A stretch of DNA of 64,000 nt. Source: Pavona decussata (Eukaryota). The DNA lies in contig CDRNST010000038.1 of NCBI GenBank assembly GCA_977016875.1, positions 2,852,001 through 2,916,000 on the forward strand. Reading direction: 5' to 3'. The translations under genes were made by a program, and so were the position numbers. Shown piece after piece: positions 1-12,200 of this stretch (positions are counted from its first letter, which is position 1; every line of letters begins with the position of its first letter). Below the pieces are notes generated by a model. It ran no database searches. It saw only the letters and a program-made list of their open reading frames with translations, and had not been told where the DNA came from.

Positions 1-35
1 ACACAATTTTCCACTTGGGGAAAAAGCCGTACATT

Positions 36-388
36 TTAGCAACGACGACGGCGAGTGCGGCAAAAACGTGATTATTAAAATGAATTTTGTGTTTCAAACG
101 TCGTCGCGATTATTCCAACTCGCTACAAAAGGCAAATGTAATGTGTAGGTGAAATTTTCTGACCGCACCCAAGTTTAGAAAGAGAAAGAAAAATTCGTCT
201 TCCTGTGTTTACGTCCTCCATAAAACGTCCTATCAGGAATTAGGAAATTTCACGTGCTAGTCGTGCAGTGACGCAACGAAATCTACCAAAAAGTGTAATG
301 CACGTGTAGAGTTGTTGTTTTGGTTAAGCCTGTTGTTTTTTTTTTTTACGTTTTCGTCACCACCACCGTCGTTGCTAAAGCTCCCTAT
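36..388. mobile_element. MITE-like element
   Basis: Inverted ends tttagcaacgacg...cgtcgttgctaaa. Confidence 0.6.
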
Positions 389-835
389 TATTTAGTGTGC
401 ACAAAATCCAGATTATATACTCAAAGTGTACAAGGTGGGAGCGTTTATAAACTTCATTTTTTAAAGTTTTTAACTTCATAGCTGAAAACGGTACCAGGGA
501 TCTTGGACTGTTTTTAGGTTTTCAAGTAATATATTAAACACGAGAAAGCGTGTTTCATCAGATATCCAAACACTGAGAAGTAGGTTGAAAAAACGAGGCG
601 CAGCCGAGTTTTCTTAAACGACTTCGACGTGTTTGGATATCTAATGAAACACACTTTCGAGTGTTTGATATGGGTTCTCAAATGATCGATAATTCTTGGA
701 GAAATTCAAGGCTAAAGTTGGCAAATTTTTATGGTAATTAGCAACTCATATCCAAACCGCGGTCACAGTAGTGATTTTCTTTGTTTTCTCTTAATGAGTT
801 TGAGAATGTAGTAACGTTCATATCCTTCTCCTTAG

Positions 836-985
836 GTTCTTTTGATGGTTATCCGTGTTCTTGGTATTCTGTGTGTTGGTGTCGCGCACCAGTCCAACAA
901 ATCCACCCAACTAGAGATCACAAACGCTGAAGCGCTTTTCACGCTTGTACAGCTCCTTCGCACGTCTAGAATGTCAATCATTCAG
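836..985 (+). CDS. ANKAR: ANKAR exon (ARM repeat)
   Basis: ccttag|GTT...CAG|gtgggt; 150 nt, phase 0-0. Confidence 0.88.
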
Positions 986-3241
986 GTGGGTTGGCTTAAA
1001 GGCTGGTTCACACGAGCAACGCAAACGCAAACACAAACGCAAGCGCAAGCGCAAGTAAACATACGTGTGAACTACCACAACGCAAACGCAAACGCAAGCG
1101 CCAACGTAAAGGCTGGTTCACACGAGCAACGCAAACGCAAATGCAAGCGCAAGCGCAAGCAAACATACGTGTGAACTACCACAACGCAAACGCAAACGCA
1201 AGCGCCAACGCAAGGAATAGAAAAATTTTCATTTCCTTGCGCTTGCATTTGCATTTCACACGTGTGAACCGGGGCAACGCAAACGCAAACGCAAACGAAC
1301 GATGAACAACACTCGTTCCATGCCTCTGCGGTTTAAGTTCAAACCAAGATGGCGTCCTCATGCGAAAAAACCTAGCAGAGAGTGTCAGAAAATATCCTGT
1401 GCTTTAAGAAAAAAGTTGCAGCGGATTCAAAGAAAGAAACAAGAAGCAACTGGCATGGAGTGATGTAGTAAGAGAAGTGGGGCTAGAAAACGGTATGCCT
1501 TTGCATTTGGCGCCTTCGCCTTAACAGACGACGACCGAGAACGAGAAAGAAAAACAATCCAGAGGGTCCTTTTTCTTCGCATATAACGAACTCATAATAT
1601 GACCAGCTCCCAGCTGGCTTGATAACTCAGTTGGTAGAGCACTGCACCGGCATCGCTGAGGTCATGGGTTCGAATCCCATGCAAGCCCGAATTTCAGACT
1701 TTGCGTAAATACATGTAATTGCCAAGGTCTTTCTTTTATTTAATCTTTCTTTCGCAGGTCAAATATACGTTTCATATATTCATTTTCATTAAAAAAAAAT
1801 TCAATTCGTCGTTTCTATATAATAGGTAAGTACAGTAATTGTTAACAAAACTGGACCGTAATTTTTAGCGTTTTCATTGATACAAATATAGTTCTTACAG
1901 TGTTATTCAAAGTATCACTAAAAGGACTTGACACCCATCCAGGCCATCAGTTTATTATTAGTATGCTTGTTCGGACATCAAGCGAACACCGAGCAATACA
2001 GTATACAAGTTCACCGTGGCGAACATTCTATTTTAAATTTGTAGGTTGAAGTCGCCATAACTTTGGGAAAGATTGTCCTCAACAATCCGCAAACCCAGAA
2101 GCTTCTAGCAGAGCAAACCAAGTTTCGCGTGGTTGAACTACTCCATCACCTTGCAAGCAAAGAAGAAACTGTCCGTCACAAGGCCGGGATGGCTCTAGCG
2201 ACGTTCGCCTACAACAACACCGCACAGCAGTACGCCATAAAAAACGCGGGCGGCATTTCACTGAGTTCATTCGAAGAGTTTCTGGGGTCTGAGAACGAGT
2301 TGTACCAGGCTCACGCGGCTTTTCAGATCATTGTCTTGGCGCGTGTGATTGACAGCGATCAGGTGAAACTGACGGCACATGGCGTGGAATTACTGGTGTG
2401 CCTGCTCAGTTCTGAACAGCACAGTACGCAGATTCTCGCGGCTAGTTTGACAGCGAGCCTTGGTCACACGCGTGCTGGTGTCCCTGCGGCGCTTATTACT
2501 GCAGGTATGCGATGAAAGCGTGTAAACTGTAAACAAACGCCTTTCAAACCCTGTTGCTTTGTGTATAGCAGTAGTTGTCAAGCAACCAACCAGGGGAGTG
2601 TTTTTATGATACCAATGCGACTTTTATTCCGGTACATGACCGATGTAAGGGCGATTTGAAATCGCCCATGTCACCTAGGTGCGATTTTGTGGCAACGAGA
2701 GTACAAAACACACATCAAAGTTCCCTCTCGCCACAGAAATCGCGTCTAAAGTCACATGAAAAATCGCCCGTGTTAACGGCCCTTGGAAATTGTCTTTCAT
2801 CCCCGATGCAGTAGAACAGCATCCTTCTAAAGCTTTTTCCATGTTTTGTCCTCAGGAATAACAAGTTAACTCGTGATCTTTTTTACCGTTGTTGCGTAGG
2901 CTCTGTCGAGGCACTGCTCTCCAATCTGTCTTCACCCAACGAAGAAGTTCGAAGCAGCGCCGCCGTTGCCCTGGGTTACTTGTCATTTGATAGAACCGCT
3001 GCCCGCTTGATGCTGCAGACGTGTAGAAACACCCCTGGGCTGCTGGAATCTCTTGTCAATAACCTTGGCAACGGTAAAATATCCATGGAATTTATGGATG
3101 AGTGGAGACAGACAAAAATGGTTGGATTGCCCTCAGCCAGGTAAATCCATTACACCAATGTAAATTGCTTTGAACATTCAACTGCATATGGCAAACCTTA
3201 ACTTGCTGTCCGCAATCTGCCGTAAGATATACTTGATCATG

Positions 3242-3282
<41 letters not shown>

Positions 3283-5207
3283 GTCAATCAACCAATCAGT
3301 CAATAAATCAATCAATCAATCAATCAATCAAATCGATTATTCAAAATGAACTCTTGGCAGTCTATGTGACCGAATTACGTGCGCTAAATTTATAAAAAGT
3401 GCAAAAATATAATAACTAACATACTATGAAATCATGTACATTATATGTTATGAGAAAATCTGTTTACATGTTGTAACTTCAACTATGACTAATGATAAAA
3501 GAATTCTTAAAACTATCAATCTTTCAGACTGGGGGGTGGAACGCTCTCTTACCTACACGGACATATTATTCCTGTCATGCGCGCCGATGCTTTCAACATT
3601 CACTCCTCTACAGTAGTCAGTAAACTATGACTGAGATTACTAGGCGTTGAATACTCTCTGGTTTATTTATATTAAAAGAAGTGAGCGTCTTCAAAGCTCC
3701 TTGGGAGTTCTCAAAATGAACAGTCAGTCCCCGCGCCGTAAATAGAATCTTTTATGAGCTCGTGTTGTTTACGAACACGCGAACAGCCTTCTTTGCCTTG
3801 AAACGGCAAACATTAAAAAAGGGAGCGGAAAAACCGTCATTTCACGATACTTTTTTGCTAAATCTCTATTCCCACGAGTACTACAGTTAATTCCTCAAAA
3901 TTCATCGAACCTAGTTTAGTTTTGCAGTTTTTAGGGATAAAAAAACCTCCCAAGTAATTCGTCCCCGCCCCCCACCCCCCCTCCCCCCTCGCCGAAAAGA
4001 AACCCAAGGAATAAATACCTTAGTGTTTAACTTTAACATAAGTTAATACTTCTTTGATCAACAGTCTTGAGATTCACGGTGGACCTCCCGTACCTCAAAG
4101 ACTTCCACCTGAAGAACGTAAGTGTTTACATTTTATTTTAAGAAAGGCGTGAAAATCCCTATGAAAGCTTTTGTAGCCGCGCTTTGTTGTACTATCTACC
4201 CTGTGGCGTCGAGAAACTACTGCGTCTGTATTAGGAGAGTTTTGGAAATGCCGGAAGCTGGTGAGGCCAACAAAAACTCGTTTTGAAGGCAGCGTTTTTA
4301 TCTCGAGGGATTTTGTGACAGGTGACATTTTTGGCGTTCTCTTGGACCTTCGGAAATGTCAACGGTTTTGATTCTTAATGGCGGCTGATCTAACTTAAGT
4401 TGAGGCTTGCGGGTTTGGCAGGGGTGGGTATAATTTAAGGCGATGTCACGCAACTGATAAGTCACCATGATTGACATATATCGTCACCGTGACGTCACCC
4501 CTGGTAAGGTCGTGAAGTGACCCCTCTCCTTCAGTGGTGACGTCATTAGTATTGACGCCTCCCTCGTGTGACGTTACCTTAAATGACGTCACACATGGTG
4601 CAGCTTATTTTATTTGTCCAGCAGACTTTTTCAGCTTTTTAGCTTCCAACAATTTGAATATAACTTTTGATGCTTCATTTCTTGGTTGAGATATTATTAA
4701 TTAAAAGCCAATCGCTTGCTTGTTTTATTCAACAGCGTTAACTTCATCTATGGATGTGTAGTTCGGTGGAAATAATTTCTGAGATCTGTAAGAAATTCCT
4801 CCATAGCTCTTTCACGTGTTTAACGACACAAGCACCCAAGTTTATATCGCAGTTGACTGCACCTACACCCACGCCTCAACACGTCTATAAACACAGTTTA
4901 TAAACTGCAAAGCATTTTATCCTTAAACTCATAGCGTTTTCTTTCAGGGAAACGCCGACCTCGCACAACTCAGAGCGTGGCCTCGTTCCGACCCTTCCGC
5001 CGCCAAGACGCGAAGAGGGTGGCCTCGGCACCAGTTGTAGTAAACAGCTATCGTAACCAAGTGAAGGCGGGGATAATTCGAGCGATGTTACCACGCTCGG
5101 ATTCCTCTCAAATGAGAAGCGCGTTTGGGGCCGCGGAGACATGGAAATCTAAATTGCTGACGTCACGGCCTACGTTAGAGAAGAGACTGTCCAGTAAGAA
5201 TTCGTGA
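836..5207 (+). CDS. ANKAR: Ankyrin and armadillo repeat-containing protein, 3' part; exons 836-985, 2045-2504, 2900-3140, 4065-4117, 4948-5207 (5' end outside window)
   Basis: Spliced translation VLLMVIRVLGILCVGVAHQSNK..Q/VEVAITLGKIVLNN..AFQIIVLARVI..SLGHTRAGVPAA..EEVRSSAAVALGYL..VGLPSASLEIHGGP matches my recollection of the C-terminal ARM region of vertebrate ANKAR (GVAHTSN, AAFQIVVLAKVI, SLAHSRAGIP, GLPSLSLEKNGGP). All introns are GT-AG with phases 0,1,2,1. Confidence 0.9.
1000..1500 (+). mobile_element. PIF/Harbinger-like remnant with duplicated left end and decayed MADF ORF
   Basis: TAA-AGGCTGGTTCACAC start repeated at about 1000 and 1110; (AACGCA)n subterminal repeats; LAESVRKYPVL*EKS..FKERNKKQLAWSDVVREVG at 1372-1491. 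Confidence 0.7.
1595..1790 (+). mobile_element. tRNA-derived SINE (family 1)
   Basis: A box TAACTCAGTTGG, B box GGTTCGAATCCC; related copy near 10.0 kb. Confidence 0.7.
2045..2504 (+). CDS. ANKAR: ANKAR exon (ARM repeats)
   Basis: tgtag|GTTGAA...GCAG|gtatgc; overlaps ORF 2063..2515. Confidence 0.92.
2900..3140 (+). CDS. ANKAR: ANKAR exon
   Basis: gcgtag|GC...CCAG|gtaaat; open frame GSVEALLSNLSSPNEEVRSSAAVALGYLSF...; missed by the ORF track. Confidence 0.9.
3241..3332. repeat. (TCAA)n microsatellite
   Basis: direct reading. Confidence 0.95.
4065..4117 (+). CDS. ANKAR: ANKAR short exon
   Basis: caacag|T...GAAC|gtaagt; SLEIHGGPPVPQRLPPEE; phase-compatible. Confidence 0.85.
4948..5207 (+). 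CDS. ANKAR: ANKAR terminal exon (basic low-complexity tail)
   Basis: ctttcag|GG; in frame with ORF 4977..5207; stop TGA 5205-5207. Confidence 0.78.
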
Positions 5208-6889
5208 CCGCATCCGGGACAGTGCTGAAGATTAAGGTGCACTAACCTAAACCGTTCATGTAAATGCGTCGAGTATGTGCCCCGCCGAGCTTCAATCTTG
5301 TTCTTTATTTCATCCATCCAAGATTGAAACTTTGTTATAAGGACACGTGGAGTTATACCCTGCTGTATTTCGTGAACTCTTTTGAGAAAGATGATATTGG
5401 GTTCTGACGTTCTTCATATCTCTAAACCGGCAAACACTTCTATACGGCACCTTATCCAAATTGTGTTTATGTAAGTGTCGTTCCCTTTGAAGTTTTTCTT
5501 TGAATTACAGAGTAATTAACGCAGGATTCGAACGGGTCAGGGAAGACCTGGAAAGTAATGAAATTTTGTAATTTCGTTTTCCAGGCCTGGAAAGTCATCG
5601 ATTTTAATTGTGGGTCATGTAAAGTCATTGAAAATGATATTTATGGAGAAAAACCACCAAGAAAGCATTCTATTGGGGAATGAAAATGAAGATGAAAAAT
5701 TAAAACAAAACAAAACAAAACAAAAACAAAAAGGAACCAAGGAACAGATTTTCACTCAGTAGAAAAAACACTGCGCATTTTGACACTGTACACACCCTGT
5801 AACGCCGATGTTTATTGCGCAGCCAGAATAGCTCGACACTTGATGCTAGTTGTAAGCCATGTTTTCAGTCAATGTTGGATTCCTAGCGTAATGTGAAAAT
5901 TATCGGAACCAGACCCAATGGCAATGATGGCTTTGGTCAGCGGAAGAATAAAAAAAAAACGGAGCTCTGGGAACGAGAATGAGAACGAGGGCGACTTTTA
6001 CAAGAACGCTTCCTCTAGATTATCACGTGACACCTATCTTGTTCCAGTGCCTTCCTCGCTATGTACACGGGTTGGTAACTGGGAGGTGCGGGGGGACTGG
6101 CACGAGGACCAGATTAAAATGTAAAAGTTGTGGTCGAGATGTAACGAAAAATTTCTTTAAATATAGTTTAGACGGGTTAAGCAAATCAATAAGAAAATTT
6201 ATACACAGTTGTCACTTATTTAACAACAAATTATACAGCAATGCCTAATTCTCGCACATTAAAAAATGTAAGTGTAGAAATGTAAATAAAATGTAGTAGT
6301 GAATTTGCGAGACGGTAATGCAAATCACGAACAAATTGATAATACGCACAACGTAATAAAAACTATTGATATGCCCAGGAGTGAAATCCTCTTTTTGAAA
6401 TAAGGCATAAAATGCAGGAAGTACGAAACAAAACGTTAATGCAACCAGCTTTCCATTACGGCAACTGTATTTTTTTATCGTTATTTTAAAATTTATTTTG
6501 CGTTGAATGAAGCTGCAAGTTTGCGATCCTTGTTCTTGTTAGTGCAGGCAAACAGCTTAGAGCTGTTTAATTCCCATCCCGGCCGAATTTTACAAGCAAT
6601 GTGCTACTTACTCTCTCAAAGGCGGACAGTCGCGCTCGTCCCGAGGGTCTCTGCCTTACAGAGAGGATTGTAAATGCGTTTCTCGAATACATGGTGTTAT
6701 TGCGTTCGGCGTTACTGAGAACGCATACTATTCGTGTCGCTTCATTCTGGATGCTGGGTAATTTCAGGGTTTGGGCGCCATCTTGGACTGGCTTACCACA
6801 CGCCTCGATTTCATGCGGGAGCTTTGAATCCCGCTGGCTTAGTGAAGTCCCGCGGGTTGACTCGCTTCGGTCTGGATGCCATATTATTT

Positions 6890-6935
6890 CACATTGGTGG
6901 GAGGCGAGTGCTCTCACCACTTCGCCATCCCTGCT
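6890..6935 (-). mobile_element. tRNA-derived SINE (family 2) head fragment
   Basis: Reverse complement of AGCAGGGATGGCG.AGTGGTGAGAGCACTCGCCTCCCACCAATGTG. Confidence 0.65.
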
Positions 6936-7949
6936 TCATAGTCGAGCGTTTAAAAGAAATCCAGATAACCTGCCCAACAAACTAATAACGGAGTGGTGAT
7001 GCTATTTATTTTATTTCGGTGTAATAAAACTGAGATATGTTTATGTATGAACTAGTCGATGTCAACTGAATAACAGTACTTGTCTATTGGAAAGAAATCA
7101 GTAATCTAGAGCAAGAGCAAACTAAGAAATTTTTTTCCCCACGAGTCCATGTATTGAAGCAATTTCTACGAGTTTAAATAGCCTACAAAAATATCGCATT
7201 CAATTTTCTTACATCTTTTTAATTAATTCGAACATTTATGATTAGGAAAAATTATAATTGGGAAAAATAAGTTTACTATCTGCAAAAAGAATGCCCTTGC
7301 AACTAAAACGGTAATAGTTGGTAAGAGATCATGCTTGATGGAATTCTCAAAAAGAGCCGACTTACACAGTAGTCATTTTGCATTGCAAGCATGGTAATAA
7401 AGTAGGGCCATGTTGGCAATTACCCCGTACCACCAACGTATGTAGAATTGTTTAACAAAAACGTGTTTGCAGGCGTATATATAATATACGGCCTGCAAAA
7501 GCGCAACTCTGTTTACAGCTACTCGGATTCTCAATTTAACTGGTTTTGAAAACCTGAATTCGCAGTAGACAACGTTTTTTTTTTTTTTTGTACAGTTTGG
7601 TTTGATGTCAAAAAGTACGAGCAGTTGATTTGAAATCGTAATGTAACATATCACATTATACCATTAGTACAGTCTCTTAAAATCTGTTACAAAATAATGA
7701 ATTTTTGCGCTGAAACTATTTCCAAAGCAGCGATATAAAAGCGATGTTTTCGCACTACAACGTGGGAAAACTAAAACGCAACATTATTTTTTGCACAAAC
7801 TAGTTAACTGGAACTTATCTTTTCTTCCCTTGTTGCTGTGATCCTTTCAGTCACAAAAAAGAGCCCAAAATTGAAACGTCTTAAAATACAAGACCAACTA
7901 TCAGCTTGTGAATTATCGAAAAGCAAACGGCTTGAAAATCTGGCTAAGT

Positions 7950-8270
7950 AGTAGCCTTCATTGAAATGGTGACGCTTAAAGATTCCGTTCACAGATTCGA
8001 AAGTTAATTTTAAAACACCTCGTACAGTATGGTAAACAACATCCTGGAAAGTGCTGCTCAGTAGCTTTCATTTGAATGGTCAGACCTCAGTCTGAAGGAT
8101 TCCGTTCACAGACTCGAAAGTCAGGGTACCGATACTGTTTGTTTTGCTGTACAAGGTGTTTAGGAAAGTACATGCTCAGTACAGCTTTCATATGCAGACT
8201 TAAGGATTCCGTCCACAGACTCGGAAGTTGTTTTGCAGTACATGAAAAGACCACTGTAACTTTCATTTAA
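7950..8270. repeat. Degenerate tandem repeat (agctttcatttgaatggtca...gattccgttcacagactcgaaag) x3
   Basis: Three visible units; reverse-complement relatives near 25.7, 30.9, 31.6-31.9, 39.7 and 49.8 kb. Confidence 0.75.
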
Positions 8271-9127
8271 AAAGCAAACATTCCAGGACTTTTTTTAAAG
8301 ACACAAAAAGTTCATGAACTGTATCACAGGAGGCAAGGGTTTTCTCCGGAATAAAAGGGTTCGGGATTTCCAAGTTAAATTATTTGAACCTAGGTCTAAT
8401 TTATACGCATTTTACTAGTGTCGGATGCAATTTAAGTCCACCGTAAATTAGTCCAATAACTACAACAACAACACGTTATACAGTTTGCTTTGAGAGGTGA
8501 ATGGCGAACAAACTGCGGAATCGATTACTGTCTCTAATAACTTGAATTACATTCGACACGACTAAAATGCGACGTATAAATTATTTATTGTTAAAACTTC
8601 TTAAATAAACCAGCTCCCCTTAAATCTCTTAAATTGTTCTCTTTGTATTTGGCTACTCATAATATGTCCCACCTTAATTAAACGTTTTGTTATCCTACTC
8701 TTAATTAACTGAAAAGCTTAAAATAATAATTATTAATTATTTCACTGTCTTTGCACGCTCCTTGCATGTGACTTGGCTTTGAGTGCAGCTTTACAAGCAA
8801 CCGAAATTTCCATGCTTCTTACTATAGCTGAGCAAACTAGAATGTCTGGGATCGTCTGGGTGGACGAGCGACTGCTTGACGTGTTATTCAAGAATTTTAA
8901 GCTCTTTCCGCCATATTCCGGCGTCCACACGAAAATTCCCGGTAGGCCTTTGCGCGAGTGGCTGTTCACTTTCACTGCACTGTTGTGGAAGCTTCAACAT
9001 GAACCCGAACTCTAAAAATCCGTGCGGCTATTCAATATTAACGTTTGTCTCTTTGAAGGTGAAAGCTTTCATCTTCCTATACTTGCAGCGGGATTAGAGA
9101 GAAGATAATGTCTGTGTCTTTTCTCTA

Positions 9128-9250
9128 TCACATTGCCGATTCGTGATGGCTTAAGCTCCCGGATTTCGATGATCTCGACGGCATAGTTCCTGAAGTCTTG
9201 TCAAAATTGATATACAAATGGTCTTCGTACATCCTCATATCGATGTATTC
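9128..9250 (-). CDS. RTK alternative terminal exon B (EYIDMRMYEDHLYINFDKTSGTMPSRSSKSGSLSHHESAM*)
   Basis: tttgcttgtctccag|GAA acceptor, phase 0, TGA at 9130-9128 followed by TAG. Confidence 0.75.
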   Translation of the reverse strand, partial: EYIDMRMYEDHLYINFDKTSGTMPSRSSKSGSLSHHESAM

Positions 9251-12200
9251 CTGGAGACAAGCAAACAGTACCATCAGCTCACTGGGCAAAATGATTGGCA
9301 CTTATCAATCAATTACTACGCGCTCGTAGAAGGCAGCACCTTTGAGGAAGTTAGATCGTGGCTGATGAACCGTCAAAATTGACGTACAAAGAGTCTTCGT
9401 AAGTCCTCATGTCTACGTATTCCTAGAAAGTGATTAGAAGAAGCGGATGTGAATGGACGAATGAATGATGAATGGTCCCTTCAAATCTATCGTTGCTCAG
9501 GAAGGGGGCGAGAAGGGGGGAGGGGGGAAGTTGTCTCCTAACATGCCCCCATCAAACGTATGAGTTTATGTCGTTGTGTCTTGATTACCTGAGGCACCAT
9601 GAGGCACCATGTAACATAAATATCGAAAAATGAGAAACTAATTATTCAAAACAAAGTAGTTTAAAGGCCGTCTGCTTATCCTTCTTTTCTTGCTTTAAAT
9701 AGTTAAAATAATATTTAAAAGAAAAATGTTGAATGAATGAACAAACGAACGAACAGACGGACGGACGGACGGAGGGAGGGAGGGAGGGATGGATGGATGG
9801 ACGGACGGACGGACGGACGGATGGATGGATGGATGGATGGACAAAATAAAAAGTACTCACTCTTTCGTCACTGAACAATTTTGTGAGGTGCTGAGACAGC
9901 TCTGTGAATGTTGGTCTTCGTTGAGGGGCCACTTGCCAACAGTCCAACATGAGCACGTATCTAGAATAAGACGAACAAGTGCTATTTCACCACCACCACT
10001 TCACCTCTACGGGTATATTACGAATTTACAAAATGACCAGCTACCAGCTCAGTTTGTAAAGTGCTGCGCGGCCACCGGTATCACAGAGGGCATGGGTTCG
10101 AATCCCGTTCTTTTCGTAGCTGCTTATAAGTTGCGTTCATATCTGTGAAGGTCTCTCATTTATTTCTTCTTTCATTCGCAATTCAAAAATAAACATCTCA
10201 TATTTTTCACTTCCAACAAGTGCTATTTCATTCTTTTTGTTTTCGTTACATTCTTCAGCATATTGGGATTGTTTCTATCGGGTCTCTAAAAGTTTAGTCT
10301 CCCTCGCAACCGTTTTTACTGTGAGGGCGTTGCGTGACGACACTAAAAACAGCTGCGAGGGAAACTACTAAAAGGTGTATTGTGCAGGGGGCGAGTCACC
10401 GTCCTACGACCCTAAACGTGATCAATATTTTCCGGCTTATTTCATTTCATTGTTAATTTTGGGGTCTTTTCTTTCTGATCTTTCCTTCGTAGCCTAGAGA
10501 TAATCCTGCACGCGGATGACTGAGTAACGAAAGTTTCTATCGCAGACATTTTTTGGCACATACAATTTCGCCCAAAAGCAGGGTTAACTGGTCACCAGTT
10601 AAAAACCCGTCAATTTAAATCTCCCTTTACTGTGATTGATTGAGTAAGTTTCCTGTGGGCGAGTTTGCATAAGGCGAATCGTACCTATGAAATTTAGTTT
10701 ACTTACAGTTCTTCTGAGCAGTGCTTAGGTTTGTCCATTCTGTAGCAGTCTTGAAGAAAGTTAATCACTTCTTGAGAATTCATGCCAGGATATGGAGACG
10801 CCCCTAATGAAAAAATCAGTCTGTCTTTAAGCCCTAACAGTGATCAGCATCAAATTTCTCCTTGTAATATCAATGCTTATTCAAACTCTGAGGTCAAGAG
10901 AATTAAGGATATGATCACCCAAGGGGAATTTTCTTGATAGTTTAATAAGTTCTGTCCAGTACTTTCATATGAAAAGTATGGGACCAAGATAGGAGAATTT
11001 GCTCTTTGATATTAGGGGTTAATAAATGCTACAGTTATTTCAAAAGATGACGTTTATCGGGATATGATGCTGTTCGTTTGAATGAGCTCCTAACAATTAT
11101 TTTACCAACTGTAAAGTCACTACTCGTTCAGATATGAGACATTTGAAATGAAAATACAATGACTGTTCTGATGGACTCTTTTCGTACCGAAATTTGATCT
11201 CTTCCTTATTAACTTGGTCCCTGCGTGTTATTCTGTCACATAGCCGATCTTGAGATGCAAAGTTTCGAGCATAATCTATTTGTGGTGAAAAACAAATTCT
11301 TACCTAATGTGACAATTTCCCAGAGAACAACGCCAAATGACCACCTATATAAAAAGGAAAATAAAAAAATTAATAATTGCTACCTGGGCAGTTCTTCTAG
11401 AATAATTTAAGTTTAATTCGTGTTTGTTCATTTAGCGTGATACCAGTATGACATTTCGCTGGTGAGGGCAGCGGAGGAGTCACATGCAATCAAAATTGCA
11501 TTGAACACACTTTCTGAAGATTGCCTGTTACGCTATGAGTTCGTGACGTAACCTTCGCGTCATATGACGCCATCATTTCCCGTTGCGAACCTCAAACAAA
11601 ACATCTTTGGAGGTGCTATCTATCCGAGGGGTCTCGCTGTCTAGCTTTATCCTTGGGAAATTATGGAGGAAGGACGGAATCGTCTCCCCTCCCGGCCTAG
11701 ATGGGGATAAAATATGTTTCGAATGCATTTACTCAGTATTGGCTCTGACTCCTTTTTAGACTATCGTAACAAAATGTTTCAAGGATTTACTTACACGTCG
11801 CTTTTTGATGTAGAGACTCCATCCAACAATGATTCAATTGCCATCCATTTGATAGGGAACCGACCTCCCTGTGAAGACAATAGTCAAATGACTAAATAAA
11901 CTGATTCTCGTAAAGTTGAACGTTCTATTCAGTATGGAATCCTCTCCACTGTTTCATTACGTACAAGAGATGCAAATAGGCTAACCGAATGGCCAGTAGG
12001 TGCACGCTGGTATGTTTAATGCAACCCTATTACATTGAAGTAAGTTTACTTTAAAAAATAGCCAAAAAATAACAATTGTCTGAAAAGTACCATGTTGCGT
12101 ATATAATACACGAGTTACATAAGTGACTTCTCCGTTCATTGTATCACTCGTCTTTTGTTCATGTATTCCTGGATTTGCTTGTTTATTCCTCCAATTCGTT

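Noticed and set aside
986-1361. ORFs with TQTQ/NANA/CVCV runs
   Set aside because: Translations of (AACGCA)n transposon repeats; only 836-985 is a real exon.
1616-1690. tRNA-like genes here and near 10045, 16255, 18160, 22800 and 62800
   Set aside because: A/B boxes are present, but the cloverleafs are broken and they share conserved non-tRNA bodies, so they are SINEs.
6567-6999. Three overlapping ORFs of 83-132 aa
   Set aside because: No recognisable domain or splice chain; they run into a SINE.
7950-8270. CRISPR-like repeat/spacer look
   Set aside because: Units are long and degenerate with homologous 'spacers', there are no cas genes, and the context is eukaryotic.
8742-9127. Possible readthrough or selenocysteine extension of the RTK after TGA
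   Set aside because: TGA is immediately followed by TAG and all frames close soon after; treated as 3' UTR.
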